Shown piece after piece: positions 1 to 9,731 of a stretch of DNA of 64,000 nt. Position 1 is the stretch's first letter. Each line of letters opens with the position of its first letter. The stretch comes from Betaproteobacteria bacterium (GTDB taxonomy: Bacteria; Pseudomonadota; Gammaproteobacteria; Burkholderiales; SG8-39): positions 516 to 64,515 of the forward strand of contig JACPYS010000055.1 in assembly GCA_016195915.1 (NCBI GenBank), read 5' to 3'. The notes beneath the pieces are model-generated. The model was not told where the DNA came from, ran no database searches, and saw only the letters and a list, made by a program, of their open reading frames with translations. Made by a program: the position numbers and the translations under genes.

Positions 1-14
1 GCTATAATACAGAC

Positions 15-341
15 GTGAACTGGAAGGTCACCTTTTACAGCGATCGGGTCGAGGCCGAGATCAACGCACTGCCGGCCGGTCTTGTTGCTCGCTTTGTGCG
101 ATACGGCGAGCGCATGGAAATCTATGGACCCAACCTCGGAATGCCTCACACACGTTCGATGGGCGATGGGTTATTCGAGCTGAGAGTCAAGGCGGCTGAA
201 GGAATTGCACGCGTATTCTTTTGCACCGTGGTCGGGCGGCGGATCGTAGTGCTTCACCAGTTCGTGAAGAAGAGCGAAAAGACTCCGAAGAAGGAACTCA
301 AGGTCGCGAGGAATCGAATGAAGGAAATCAAAGATGACTAG
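15..341 (+). CDS. RelE/ParE-superfamily (HigB/Gp49-like) toxin
   Basis: 108 aa with GMPHTRSMGDGLFELRVK...RVFF...LHQFVKKSEKTP. Overlaps a downstream HTH gene. TATAAT at 3-8 lies just before the GTG, suggesting a leaderless transcript. Confidence 0.85.
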   Translation: MNWKVTFYSDRVEAEINALPAGLVARFVRYGERMEIYGPNLGMPHTRSMGDGLFELRVKAAEGIARVFFCTVVGRRIVVLHQFVKKSEKTPKKELKVARNRMKEIKDD

Positions 342-654
342 CACTTTCAAACAGTTTAAGGCAAAGGCGCTTGCGCGCCCGGACGTAAGATCAGCGTACG
401 ATCAACTTGCCGAGGAGTTCTCGTTTATCGATGAGGTGCTCAAGGCACGGGCTGCTTCCGGTCTGACGCAAGCGGAGTTGGCGGCGCGCGTGGGTACGAC
501 GCAATCTGCCATCGCGCGGCTAGAGTCGGGCACTCCGAAACACTCGCCTTCGATCGTGACCCTGCAGCGGTACGCTCGCGCTATGGGCTATCGAGTCGAA
601 GTCAAGCTTGTCAAGGAGCGAGGGCTAACCGAGCGTTCGAAGGGACGCGCATAG
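334..654 (+). CDS. XRE-family HTH antitoxin (HigA-like)
   Basis: GLTQAELAARVGTTQSAIARLESG helix-turn-helix. Toxin-first gene order. The C-terminus runs into an attC-like site. Confidence 0.85.
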   Translation: MTSTFKQFKAKALARPDVRSAYDQLAEEFSFIDEVLKARAASGLTQAELAARVGTTQSAIARLESGTPKHSPSIVTLQRYARAMGYRVEVKLVKERGLTERSKGRA

Positions 655-685
655 AGCCGCGCGCCCTTCAACGCGGACGTGTGCG
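623..685 (+). mobile_element. integron attC-like site (degenerate R' box)
   Basis: GGCTAAC-5nt-GTT(C)GAAG GG(A)CGCGC / GCGCGCC CTTCAAC-6nt-GTGTGCG. Shows an R'' box, L''/L' boxes with two extrahelical bases and 5/6-nt spacers. R' reads GTG instead of GTT. Confidence 0.7.
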
Positions 686-691
686 TGCTGA

Positions 692-1085
<394 letters not shown>

Positions 1086-1110
1086 CTTCGTCGCTGACGG
1101 AGGTGCCGCA

Positions 1111-3081
1111 TCATGGTTTCCGTGAGAAAGATTTCTCCTGCGCACGCGGCGCCGGCGCCGGTTTTGCGAGGCCGAGTATCGGTACGAAGTCCTTGTGCAT
1201 CTTGCGCGCATCGCCGATGCGCAGCGTGATGCCGAGTTTGTCCAGGTGTTCCAGGATTTTGATCGCGAGGGTCCTGCCGATACCGGTGGCGTCCCGATAC
1301 TGCGCAGCGGTGAACAACCCCTTCGACGCCGAGCGCGCCACGAGGGCGGCGGTGGCGGCAAGTGTGGCGAGGGTCGCCTTCGGGTAGAAGCGGTCATCGG
1401 TGACACGCATCAGTTCTCCGGCAGTGCTCTTCCGGTGCAGGAAATTCTTGAGCTTCGCCTCGTTCGTACCGAGCTTGAGCGAGAGTTCGGCGACCGTCGG
1501 TGGCGAGAAGCCGCCTTCGAGTAGCACCGGCAGCACCTCGCGCCACATCTTTTCGTCCGCCGCGTTGGAAGTCGGGTCGTGCCCGGAAAGCAGGACGTTC
1601 GAACCGCTCACGGAGAGTTTGCGCTCGTCGGCCAGACCGCGCACCAGGAACGCAAACGCGTCCGCGCTCAGCCAGGGAGCGAGTTCCTTTCTGAGAACCT
1701 GAATGTCGATGCCCGGCGCCTGCGGTTGGGCACGATGGAATTCGGCGAGGCGCGCGAGCATGCGCTCGCAAAGCGCGGTTACGCTGGCGCGCGCCACCGC
1801 CACCCGCTGCTCGCGGCCGAGGATGGCCGCATCGCACGACTTGTAAATCGACGCGGCGCGCGCGGCGGAAATATTGAAGATCACTTCGAAACGCTTGCAG
1901 TCGACCGGCTGTCCCGGAATCTTCAGCAGCGCGGCGAGCGCGGCTTCGGGCGCACCCTGCTCGAGGGCCGTCAGGGCGGCAAGCCGCGCGGGCGACGCGC
2001 GGCGGCTCGCCTGGGCCAAGGGATCGATGACGGTGCCGCCACCCAGCGTGCGCGAGGCCGACTGGTCGCGAAGAATGAAGCGATCGCCGTGGAGTGCGGC
2101 CATCGGCTGATCGAGTACGAGCTGCGCCTGCGCCGACGTGCCCGGGGCGATGGGTGCGCCCTTGACGGTGGCCACGCGCGTCAGGCCCTCTGCGGTCGCC
2201 AGGTGCAGGTGCACCGGCGTCCAGTGCTCGAGCGGCTGGCGTTCCGTCGCGAGCAGCGTGAAGCGCACGTCCATGCGCCAGCTCGGCGCGTGGATCGCCT
2301 CGTGCAGCACCCAGTCGCCGCGCGCGACCGCGCCGACGTCGACCCCCGATAGATTGATGGCGCATCGGTCCCCGGCCCGCGCCCGTTCCGCCACTTTTCC
2401 GCGGATCTGGATGCCGCGCACGCGCACCGGGAGCCCCTTCGGCGAGACCAGGAGCTGGTCGCCGGGGCGGATCTCGCCGTTGAACATCGTGCCGGTCACG
2501 ATGGTGCCGCTGCCTGCGACGCTGAATGTCCGGTCGACGGCGAGGCGGGCATGCTGTCCTTCGCGATAGCGCGCCGCTTGCGCCCTGGTCGCGTCGATCA
2601 GCGCCTGGCGCAAAGGCTCGATGCCTGCACCAGTGACCGCGGAAACCGGGAGCAGGGGGATTGCCGCGAGCGGGGAATCGGCAAGCAGCGCTCGCAGTTC
2701 CGCCTTGACCTGATCAACCCGCGCGGGATCGACGCGGTCGATCTTGGTGATGGCGGCGACCCCGCGGCCGATGCCAAGCAGGCTGAGGATCTGAAGATGC
2801 TCCACCGTCTGCGGCATCACCCCGTCATCCGCCGCGACGGCCAGCAGCGCGAAATCGATGCCGCACACCCCCGCGAGCATGTTGTGGATGAAGCGTTCGT
2901 GGCCGGGAACGTCGACGAATCCGATCAGTGCGCCATCGGCAAGCGGCAAGTAGGCGAAGCCGAGGTCGATCGAGATGCCGCGGGCTTTTTCTTCGGGCAG
3001 GCGGTCGGTGTCCACGCCCGTCAAGGTCTTCACCAGCAGCGTCTTGCCGTGGTCGATGTGGCCCGCGGTGGCGACGATCAT
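1111..3081 (-). CDS. selB: selenocysteine-specific translation elongation factor SelB
   Basis: [45 protein letters not shown], and a C-terminal winged helix [23 protein letters not shown]; 656 aa. Confidence 0.96.
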   Translation of the reverse strand: MIVATAGHIDHGKTLLVKTLTGVDTDRLPEEKARGISIDLGFAYLPLADGALIGFVDVPGHERFIHNMLAGVCGIDFALLAVAADDGVMPQTVEHLQILSLLGIGRGVAAITKIDRVDPARVDQVKAELRALLADSPLAAIPLLPVSAVTGAGIEPLRQALIDATRAQAARYREGQHARLAVDRTFSVAGSGTIVTGTMFNGEIRPGDQLLVSPKGLPVRVRGIQIRGKVAERARAGDRCAINLSGVDVGAVARGDWVLHEAIHAPSWRMDVRFTLLATERQPLEHWTPVHLHLATAEGLTRVATVKGAPIAPGTSAQAQLVLDQPMAALHGDRFILRDQSASRTLGGGTVIDPLAQASRRASPARLAALTALEQGAPEAALAALLKIPGQPVDCKRFEVIFNISAARAASIYKSCDAAILGREQRVAVARASVTALCERMLARLAEFHRAQPQAPGIDIQVLRKELAPWLSADAFAFLVRGLADERKLSVSGSNVLLSGHDPTSNAADEKMWREVLPVLLEGGFSPPTVAELSLKLGTNEAKLKNFLHRKSTAGELMRVTDDRFYPKATLATLAATAALVARSASKGLFTAAQYRDATGIGRTLAIKILEHLDKLGITLRIGDARKMHKDFVPILGLAKPAPAPRAQEKSFSRKP

Positions 3082-3097
3082 GTTTCTGACGTCCGGT

Positions 3098-4021
3098 TCA
3101 GCGCTGCGAGCTGGCGAGCATTTCCTGCGCGCGTTTGGCGGCCGCTTTTCCGTCGGACACGGCGGCCGAAACCTGGCGCGGCGACCCGCTCCTCACGTCA
3201 CCGGCGGCGTATGCGCCGGAAACATCGGTTTCGAACTGCTCGTTCACAGTGATCCGACCCGAATCGTCGAGCATAAACACGCCCTCGAGATAGCCGGTCG
3301 TGGGCGCATAGCCGACGTGAACCAGCACGCCGTAGACGCCCAGCGTCTCTCGTTTTCCGGTCGCCGCATTTTCGACCACGAGGCCGGTGACGCCTTCCCT
3401 GCCAATGATTTCAACCGGCTTCTCTCCGAGGCGGATTTCCAGCTTTGCATTGGCCAGGGCGCGCGCCTGCAGCACCGGTCTGGCGCTCAATTGCGACTGC
3501 GCTTCGAAGACGAAGACTTTCGACGCAAATCTCGCCAGGTACAGCGCCTCGATGAGTCCTGCGTTTCCGCCGCCGCACACCGCCACCACCCGGTCACGGT
3601 ACAACCCGGCGTCGCACATGGCGCAGTGAATCATGCCTTTGCCCTGAAATTCTTCCTCGCCCGGGATGCCGAGTTTGCGGGAATGCAGCCCGCCGGCCTG
3701 AATCACGACCGACGACGTGTAGGCCCTGCCATCGGCGCAACTGACGGAGATGCAACCGGAATAAGGCTCGATCTCGACCACCTCGGCCAATTCCATCTCC
3801 ACGCCCAATTGTTCGGCCTGCTTCACCATCTCCGAGGCGAGCATCGCGCCCGCTACCTTTTCGCCCGGACGCGGGTAGCCGTTGAGCCACTCGATGTTGA
3901 CGATCGGCCCGCCGAACGATTCCTTCTCCAGCAGCAGCACGCGGTGGCCTGCCTGCGCAAGTTCGGTGCCGGCGGACAAGCCTGCCGGTCCGCCGCCGAT
4001 CACGATCGCGTCGTATTCCAT
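3098..4021 (-). CDS. thioredoxin-reductase/AhpF-like FAD-dependent disulfide reductase
   Basis: [15 protein letters not shown], redox CAMCD motif, GGGNAG, AAGD. Start taken at ATG 4021. Co-oriented with selB, 16 nt gap. Confidence 0.9.
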   Translation of the reverse strand: MEYDAIVIGGGPAGLSAGTELAQAGHRVLLLEKESFGGPIVNIEWLNGYPRPGEKVAGAMLASEMVKQAEQLGVEMELAEVVEIEPYSGCISVSCADGRAYTSSVVIQAGGLHSRKLGIPGEEEFQGKGMIHCAMCDAGLYRDRVVAVCGGGNAGLIEALYLARFASKVFVFEAQSQLSARPVLQARALANAKLEIRLGEKPVEIIGREGVTGLVVENAATGKRETLGVYGVLVHVGYAPTTGYLEGVFMLDDSGRITVNEQFETDVSGAYAAGDVRSGSPRQVSAAVSDGKAAAKRAQEMLASSQR

Positions 4022-4133
4022 TGCATGGTCCTTGTTGCAGAGTAATTTGAGGCGCGCAAGCTTGACGCTGTGCGACGATTGCATTAAACATTGACGCTCC
4101 AGTGCAATCAACTGTTTCGAACGAGGAGGCAGC

Positions 4134-5834
4134 ATGAACGTGGGCGTGGAAACCAGCCAGCGAAGAGCAGATTACGAGGTGTTGAGCCCGTGGGCCGACG
4201 CGGATCCAGTTCCGCTGCGCGGAATCGCGACGCGCCCGGCCGACGTTTCCGGCAGGAAGATCGGCCTGTTCTCCAACCGCAAGCGCGCCGCGGAGCTGAC
4301 ATTGAGCGCGTTCGAACGGCAGTTGCTGGAAAAGTATCCCGCGGCACAGACCTCGTGGTACGCGTGCAGCACGATCAACACCCCGGAGATGCTGACCGAA
4401 GGCAAGGCGAAGTTCGAAGCCTGGGTGGCGGGCGTCGACGCGGTCGTGCTTTCGGTCGCGGACTGAGGCTCATGCACTAAGTTCCTCGTGCACGATGCAA
4501 TATCCGTTGAGGACTTGCATCGGCCCGCTGTGGTACTGGCGAACGAGGGCTTCGTGACGGACGGGCGGTCTGCCGCGTCGAACAAGGGGATGCCGACAGT
4601 GCGCATCGTGCCGGAGACGGTCCCCTGTGAATGCAGTGTCAAGGAAGATGTGGAGGCTGGCATCGGTTCGGTCATGGCTCAGATCATCGACGCCCTGACG
4701 AACCCCCTTTCTGCCGAAGAACAGGCACCGAAAAGGAAGGAGAAGGGAACGCCCTCGAGAATCGCCTTCAAAGGGCGGTTGGAGGAGTTCGACCGTTTCT
4801 TCTACAAGCGCGGCTGGGGCGACGGCCTGCCGATGCGGCCGCCGACCGAGTCCGCGGTGAGGCAGATGCTGGCGGGGACCGACTTTCCACCCGAGCATGT
4901 CGTCGGCGAGATCGATCCGCGTCGCGGCAAGGCGACGATCGAGAAGATCGCGGTCAATGCCGTCATGGCCGGCGCCTTGCCGACGCACATGCCCATTCTG
5001 ATCGCGTGCGTGGAGGCCCTCGCCGATCCGCGCGCCCATCTGGGCGCCTACGGCACCAGCACCGGTTCGTGGATGCCTTTCTGGATCATCAACGGCCCGG
5101 TGCGCAACGATGCGCGCGTGAACTGCAGTTCCGGCGCGATGAGCCCGGGGGACATCGCCAATGCCGCGATCGGCCGGACCATGGGCCTCATCGTCAAGAA
5201 CGTCGGCGGGGCGCGCAAGGCGATCGAGGATATGGGTGTTTACGGCAACCCGGGAAAGTACTCCTGCGTCGCAGGTGAGAACGAGGAGAACAGCCCATGG
5301 GAACCGCTGCACGTCGAACAGGGATTTGCGAGGGAAGACAGCGCCGTCACGCTGTTCTTCCCGAACTGCTATGCGCAGATCTGGCAGTACGGTTCGGACG
5401 ACAAGGGAATACTCGGCACACTGATCTACAACCTTCCGCCGGGGAGAAGCGGCCTTACCTGCCTCCTGATGACCCCCACCCAGGCGAATACGCTGGCGCA
5501 GAAAGGCTGGACGAAGCCGATGATCCGGAAGTACGTGTACGAGTACGGGCGGGTGTCCGCTTACCGTCACCCGAGCTTCCACGACGGCGGCGGCTGGACC
5601 GGCAGAAGTCCGGAAACCGTACCGCCGAACGCCATGGACGCGGTGGCGATCGTGCCGAGCCCGGAACACATCAGGATTCTGGTATTGGGCGGGCCGGGTG
5701 CGTTCATGGGGCTTGCCTGCGGCGGCGGCCTGCCTGGCGGTCAGTTCGTGACCAAGAAGGTCAGTCTGCCTTCAGGGTGGGCCAAGCTGGTGGCAAAATA
5801 CAGGAGCTTGGTCCCGGCCTACGAAAGGTACTAG
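4134..5834 (+). CDS. UGSC-family selenoprotein fusion, copy 1 (566 aa, Sec at codon 111, TGA 4464-4466)
   Basis: ORFs 4134-4466 and 4488-5834 are in the same frame, separated only by TGA GGC TCA TGC ACT AAG TTC CTC, giving VLSVAD-U-GSCTKFL. RBS GAGGAG precedes 4134 and none precedes 4488. The C-terminal part has the conserved GWGDGLP..PPT / NAVMAG / GNPGKY domain. Confidence 0.9.
4473..4522 (+). promoter_or_regulatory. candidate SECIS (two adjacent hairpins) of selenoprotein copy 1
   Basis: H1 is TGCAC..GTGCA (4473-4492, loop contains AGTTCC). H2 is CGATGCAA-TA-TCC-GTTGA-GGA-C-TTGCATCG (4493-4522). Confidence 0.65.
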
Positions 5835-5961
5835 GCGCGGTTTTGTTGATCCATGTCGCCGTTTTTCCGCGCATTCGCGCTCGATTGGTTTGACAGTGTG
5901 CGGCGTGGGCATCGAATATGAAGTTCCGGTCGCGGTTGACTGTTTCGAACGAGGAGAAATC

Positions 5962-7659
5962 ATGAATGTTGGCGCGGAGGTATCGCAGCGCAGCGCAGAA
6001 TACGAGGTCTTGAGTCCGTGGGCCGACGCCGATCCCGTGCCATCGCGGGGGATTACATCACGGCCCAGGGATCTCGCGGGCAAGAAGATCGGCCTGTACC
6101 TGAATCACAAGCGCGCCGGGCACTTGTCGTTGAGCGCATTCGAACGGGAGTTGCTCGAAAGGGTCCCTTCCGCGACGACTTCCTGGTACCCCTGCACCGG
6201 GCACAACGTTCCGGAGATGCTGACCGAAGGCAAGGCGAAGTTCGAAGCCTGGGTCGGCAGCGTCGACGCGGTCGTGCTCTCGGTCGCGGACTGAGGCTCA
6301 TGCACGAAGTTCCTCGTGCACGATGCAATATCCGTTGAGGACTTGCATCGGCCCGCTGTAGTACTGGCGAACGAGGGCTTCGTGACGGACGGGCGGTCTG
6401 CCGCGTCGAACAAGGGGATGCCGACAGTGCGTATCGTGCCGGAGACGATTCCCTGTGAATCCAGCGTCAAGGAAGATGTCGACGCCGGTATCCATCTGGC
6501 GATGGACCAGATCATCGAAGCGTTGACAAAGCCCCTTTCGGCGGAAGAGCAGGCGCCGAAAAGAAAGGGAAAGGAAAAGCCCTCCAGGATCGTTTTCAAA
6601 GGGCAATTGGGGGAGCTGAACCGCTTCATCTACAAGAGGGGTTGGGGCGATGGCCTGCCCGTGCTTCCCCCGACGGAATCCGCGGTGCGGGAGATGCTGG
6701 CAGGCACCGACTTGCCACCGCAGCACGTCGTCGGCGAGATCGTGCCGCGCCACGGCAAGGCGACGGTCGAGAAGATCGCCATCAATGCCGTCATGGCCGG
6801 CACTCTGCCCACGCACATGCCCATCCTGATCGCGTGCGTCGAGGCGGTTACGGATCCGCTCGTCGATCTGGGCACCTTTGGCACGAGCACCGGTTCGTGG
6901 GCACCTTTCTGGATCATCAACGGGCCGGTCCGAAATGACGTGCACGTGAACTGCGGCTCCGGGGCCCTGAGTCCCGGCGACATTGCCAATGCCGCGATCG
7001 GCAGAGCGATGTGCCTGATCATCAAGAACATCGGCGGCGGGCGCAAAGCGGTCGAGGACATGGGCGTGTTCGGCAACCCCGGCAAGTATTCCAGCGTGAT
7101 CGGGGAAAACGAAGAAAGCAGCCCGTGGGATCCGCTGCATGTCGAACAGGGATTCGCGCGGGACGAGAGCGCGGTGACGCTTTTCTTTCCGAATTCCTAC
7201 TCGCAGCTTTGGCAGTACGGCTCCGACGACGTGGGAATCCTCAGCACCTTGATCTACAACCTCCTGCCCGGAAGGGGCGGGTTGTCGTGCCTTCTGATCA
7301 CCCCGCCGCAGGCGAAGACGCTGGCGAAGAAGGGCTGGACGAAGCAGATGATCAGCAAGTACGTGTTCGAATACGGACGCGTTCCCGCCTATCGTCACCG
7401 ATTCTTCCATGGGGTCGCGCAGGCGCACGGAAGCCTTGGAGTTGTTCCGCCGAATGCGATGGATTCGATGCCGATCATTCCGAGCCCGGATCACATCAGG
7501 ATACTGGTGACCGGGGGACCCGGCGCGTTCGTGGGCCTTGCCTGCGGGGCGGGCCTGCCCGGGCGGGAGTTCGTGACGAAGAAGATCGGATTTCCGGCCG
7601 ACTGGATCAAGCTGGTCGCGAAGTACAAGAGCTTTGTTCCTGCGTACGAAAAGTATTGA
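5962..7659 (+). CDS. UGSC-family selenoprotein fusion, copy 2 (565 aa, Sec at codon 111, TGA 6292-6294)
   Basis: ATG 5962 follows GAGGAG. In-frame TGA, then GGC TCA TGC ACG AAG, continues into ORF 6316-7659. Full-length paralog of copy 1. Confidence 0.9.
6301..6350 (+). promoter_or_regulatory. candidate SECIS (two adjacent hairpins) of selenoprotein copy 2
   Basis: TGCACGA-AGTTCC-TCGTGCA (perfect 7-bp stem), followed by an H2 identical to that of copy 1. Confidence 0.65.
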
Positions 7660-7687
7660 GACCGGAAACTGTCGAGGCGAGGGCGGC

Positions 7688-8689
7688 ATGAAGAGATCAG
7701 CCATCATTGTTGCCGTCTTCGCTTGGCTGGTTTCGTCCGGTTTTCCGGCGAGTTGGGCCGCCGAGGATGATTATCCCGTAAGACCGATCCAGCTCATCGT
7801 TCCTTTCGCTGCGGGCGGCAGCCTGGACATCACCGCTCGCGTCGTGGGGCAGAAACTGCGGGAATATCTGGGTCAGCAACTTGTCATCGTCAACCGACCC
7901 GGCGCGGGAAGCGCGGTTGGCGCACGGTTCCTGGCAAGTTCCCCGCCGGACGGTTATACGATTTACCTCGCTTCCGGCTCGACCTTCGGGTTTCTTCACC
8001 TGCTGGTTCCCGGCTTCCCCTACCAACTCAAGGATTTCGCCCCGATTGCCGCCATCGCTACGAATACCTCCGTATTCGCTGTGAATGCCGAGGTTCCCGT
8101 GAATTCGCTTCCCGAACTGGTCGCCTACGTTCAGAAAAATCCCGGCAAGCTCAACTTCTGCACCACCGGCCTGGGTGGACTCAATCACCTTCAATTCGAA
8201 ATGTTCAAGACTTTGGTGAAGGAAAAGCACGGCGGTTTGCAGTTGGATCTCCCTCACGTACCCTACAACGGCGTCGCACCGGCGCTCACGGCGCTGCGGG
8301 GAAATCAGGTGCAGGTCTGTACTCTGCCCTACAGCAGCCTGCTGAAGAACAGCGACGGCAAGGGCATCCGCATGATCGCGATCATGCGACCGCAGCGGTT
8401 AGCGTCGATCGCGCACGTGCCGGCTTGCGCAGAACAGGGGTTTGCGGAAATGGATGGCAACAATTCCATGGTCAATTTCACTGCTCCTGCCGACACGCCG
8501 GCGCCGATACTCGCAAAGCTGGAGACGGCGCTCCAGAAGACGATGCAGGACAACGAAGTTCGCCAAAAGCTGGAGGACATCGACGCTGCGCCGACGTTCC
8601 TGAGCGCCAGGGAAATGAAGGAATGGCTCGAAGGAGATGTGCGCAAATGGGAAATGATCATCAGGAATGCGAACATGGTCGTGAAATAG
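7688..8689 (+). CDS. Bug/TctC tripartite tricarboxylate transporter substrate-binding protein
   Basis: Signal peptide, YPVRPIQLIVPFAAGGSLD, NRPGAG, PPDGYT, HVPYNG. Confidence 0.9.
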   Translation: MKRSAIIVAVFAWLVSSGFPASWAAEDDYPVRPIQLIVPFAAGGSLDITARVVGQKLREYLGQQLVIVNRPGAGSAVGARFLASSPPDGYTIYLASGSTFGFLHLLVPGFPYQLKDFAPIAAIATNTSVFAVNAEVPVNSLPELVAYVQKNPGKLNFCTTGLGGLNHLQFEMFKTLVKEKHGGLQLDLPHVPYNGVAPALTALRGNQVQVCTLPYSSLLKNSDGKGIRMIAIMRPQRLASIAHVPACAEQGFAEMDGNNSMVNFTAPADTPAPILAKLETALQKTMQDNEVRQKLEDIDAAPTFLSAREMKEWLEGDVRKWEMIIRNANMVVK

Positions 8690-8729
8690 GGATCAGTTTC
8701 AAACCCCTTCATTGACCGCCGCAGTCGCC

Positions 8730-9701
8730 ATGAAGCGCCAAAAGACCCTGGTCTGCTTGTTCGGACTGTGCGCGCTCTTTGCCGCCGTGCCGGCGATGTC
8801 GCAGACCTACCCGAAGGGCGTGGTCAACATCGTCGTGGGTGCCACGCCCGGTGGCCCGACCGATTTTGTCGCGCGCATCGTCGCGCAGCAGCTGCAGGAA
8901 CTCTGGGGGCAGTCGGTCCTGGTTGTGAACAAGCCCGGCGCGGGCGGCACGATTGCGGGCGACGCCGTGGCAAAGTCCGCGCCCGACGGGCACACGATCG
9001 GGATTGAGACCACCACGCACGTAATCAACCCGACGCTGCGCGCGGCGACCATTCCGTACGACACTCCGAAGGATTTCGCGTATATCACGCAGCTGGTCGG
9101 CCAGCACGTGGTGCTGGTCGCGAACGCCGCCGAGCCGTTCAATACCGTGAGGCAGATGATCGCGTATGCGAAATCGAATCCGGGGAAGCTGACCTACGCC
9201 TCGCCCACCGCCGGCACCGCTTCTCATCTGGCGGCCGAAATGCTCAAGAGCGAAGCCGGCATCGACATGGTGCACGTGCCCTACAAGGGCAGCGGCCCCG
9301 CGCAGACCGACCTCGTGGCCGGGCGCGTGGACGTCATGTTCGACGTCTACCACTCGGCGAAGCAGCTCGCCGAACAAGGCAAGCTCAAAATCATAGCGCT
9401 CGCGAGCGAGACCCAGCCGGACAACATCAAGGGCTATCCTCTCGTCTCCGATACGATCCCCGGGTTCAACGTGACGAGCTTCTTCGGGCTGGTCACGCGC
9501 GCCGGCACTCCGCGCCCGGTGATCGACAGGATCCAGGAGGATGCCGCGAGGGGAATCAGCAAGCCGGAGGTCAAGGCGCGGCTCGAGGGCGTCGGGATGA
9601 AGGTTCTTGGCACTACGCCGGCCCAATTCGAGGGTTTCGTGCGCGCCGAACTGGCCAAGTGGGCGAGGGTGATCCGGGCCGGCAATATCAAGGCGGAATA
9701 G
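8730..9701 (+). CDS. Bug/TctC substrate-binding protein
   Basis: Signal peptide, TPGGPTD, NKPGAGG, APDGHT, HVPYKGSGP, C-terminal IKAE. Confidence 0.92.
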   Translation: MKRQKTLVCLFGLCALFAAVPAMSQTYPKGVVNIVVGATPGGPTDFVARIVAQQLQELWGQSVLVVNKPGAGGTIAGDAVAKSAPDGHTIGIETTTHVINPTLRAATIPYDTPKDFAYITQLVGQHVVLVANAAEPFNTVRQMIAYAKSNPGKLTYASPTAGTASHLAAEMLKSEAGIDMVHVPYKGSGPAQTDLVAGRVDVMFDVYHSAKQLAEQGKLKIIALASETQPDNIKGYPLVSDTIPGFNVTSFFGLVTRAGTPRPVIDRIQEDAARGISKPEVKARLEGVGMKVLGTTPAQFEGFVRAELAKWARVIRAGNIKAE

Positions 9702-9731
9702 AGCGGGTGGGCAGCGTTGTCACCGCGCGCC

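Noticed and set aside
3081-3100. Possible TGA readthrough fusing the reductase to SelB
   Set aside because: The 16-nt gap puts selB out of frame, and there is no Cys/Sec motif context.
4464-6294. Reading the in-frame TGAs as nonsense mutations, sequencing errors or true gene ends
   Set aside because: The TGA is at the same codon in both paralogs in a UxxC context. There is no RBS for the downstream GTG, the downstream hairpins are conserved, and selB is adjacent.
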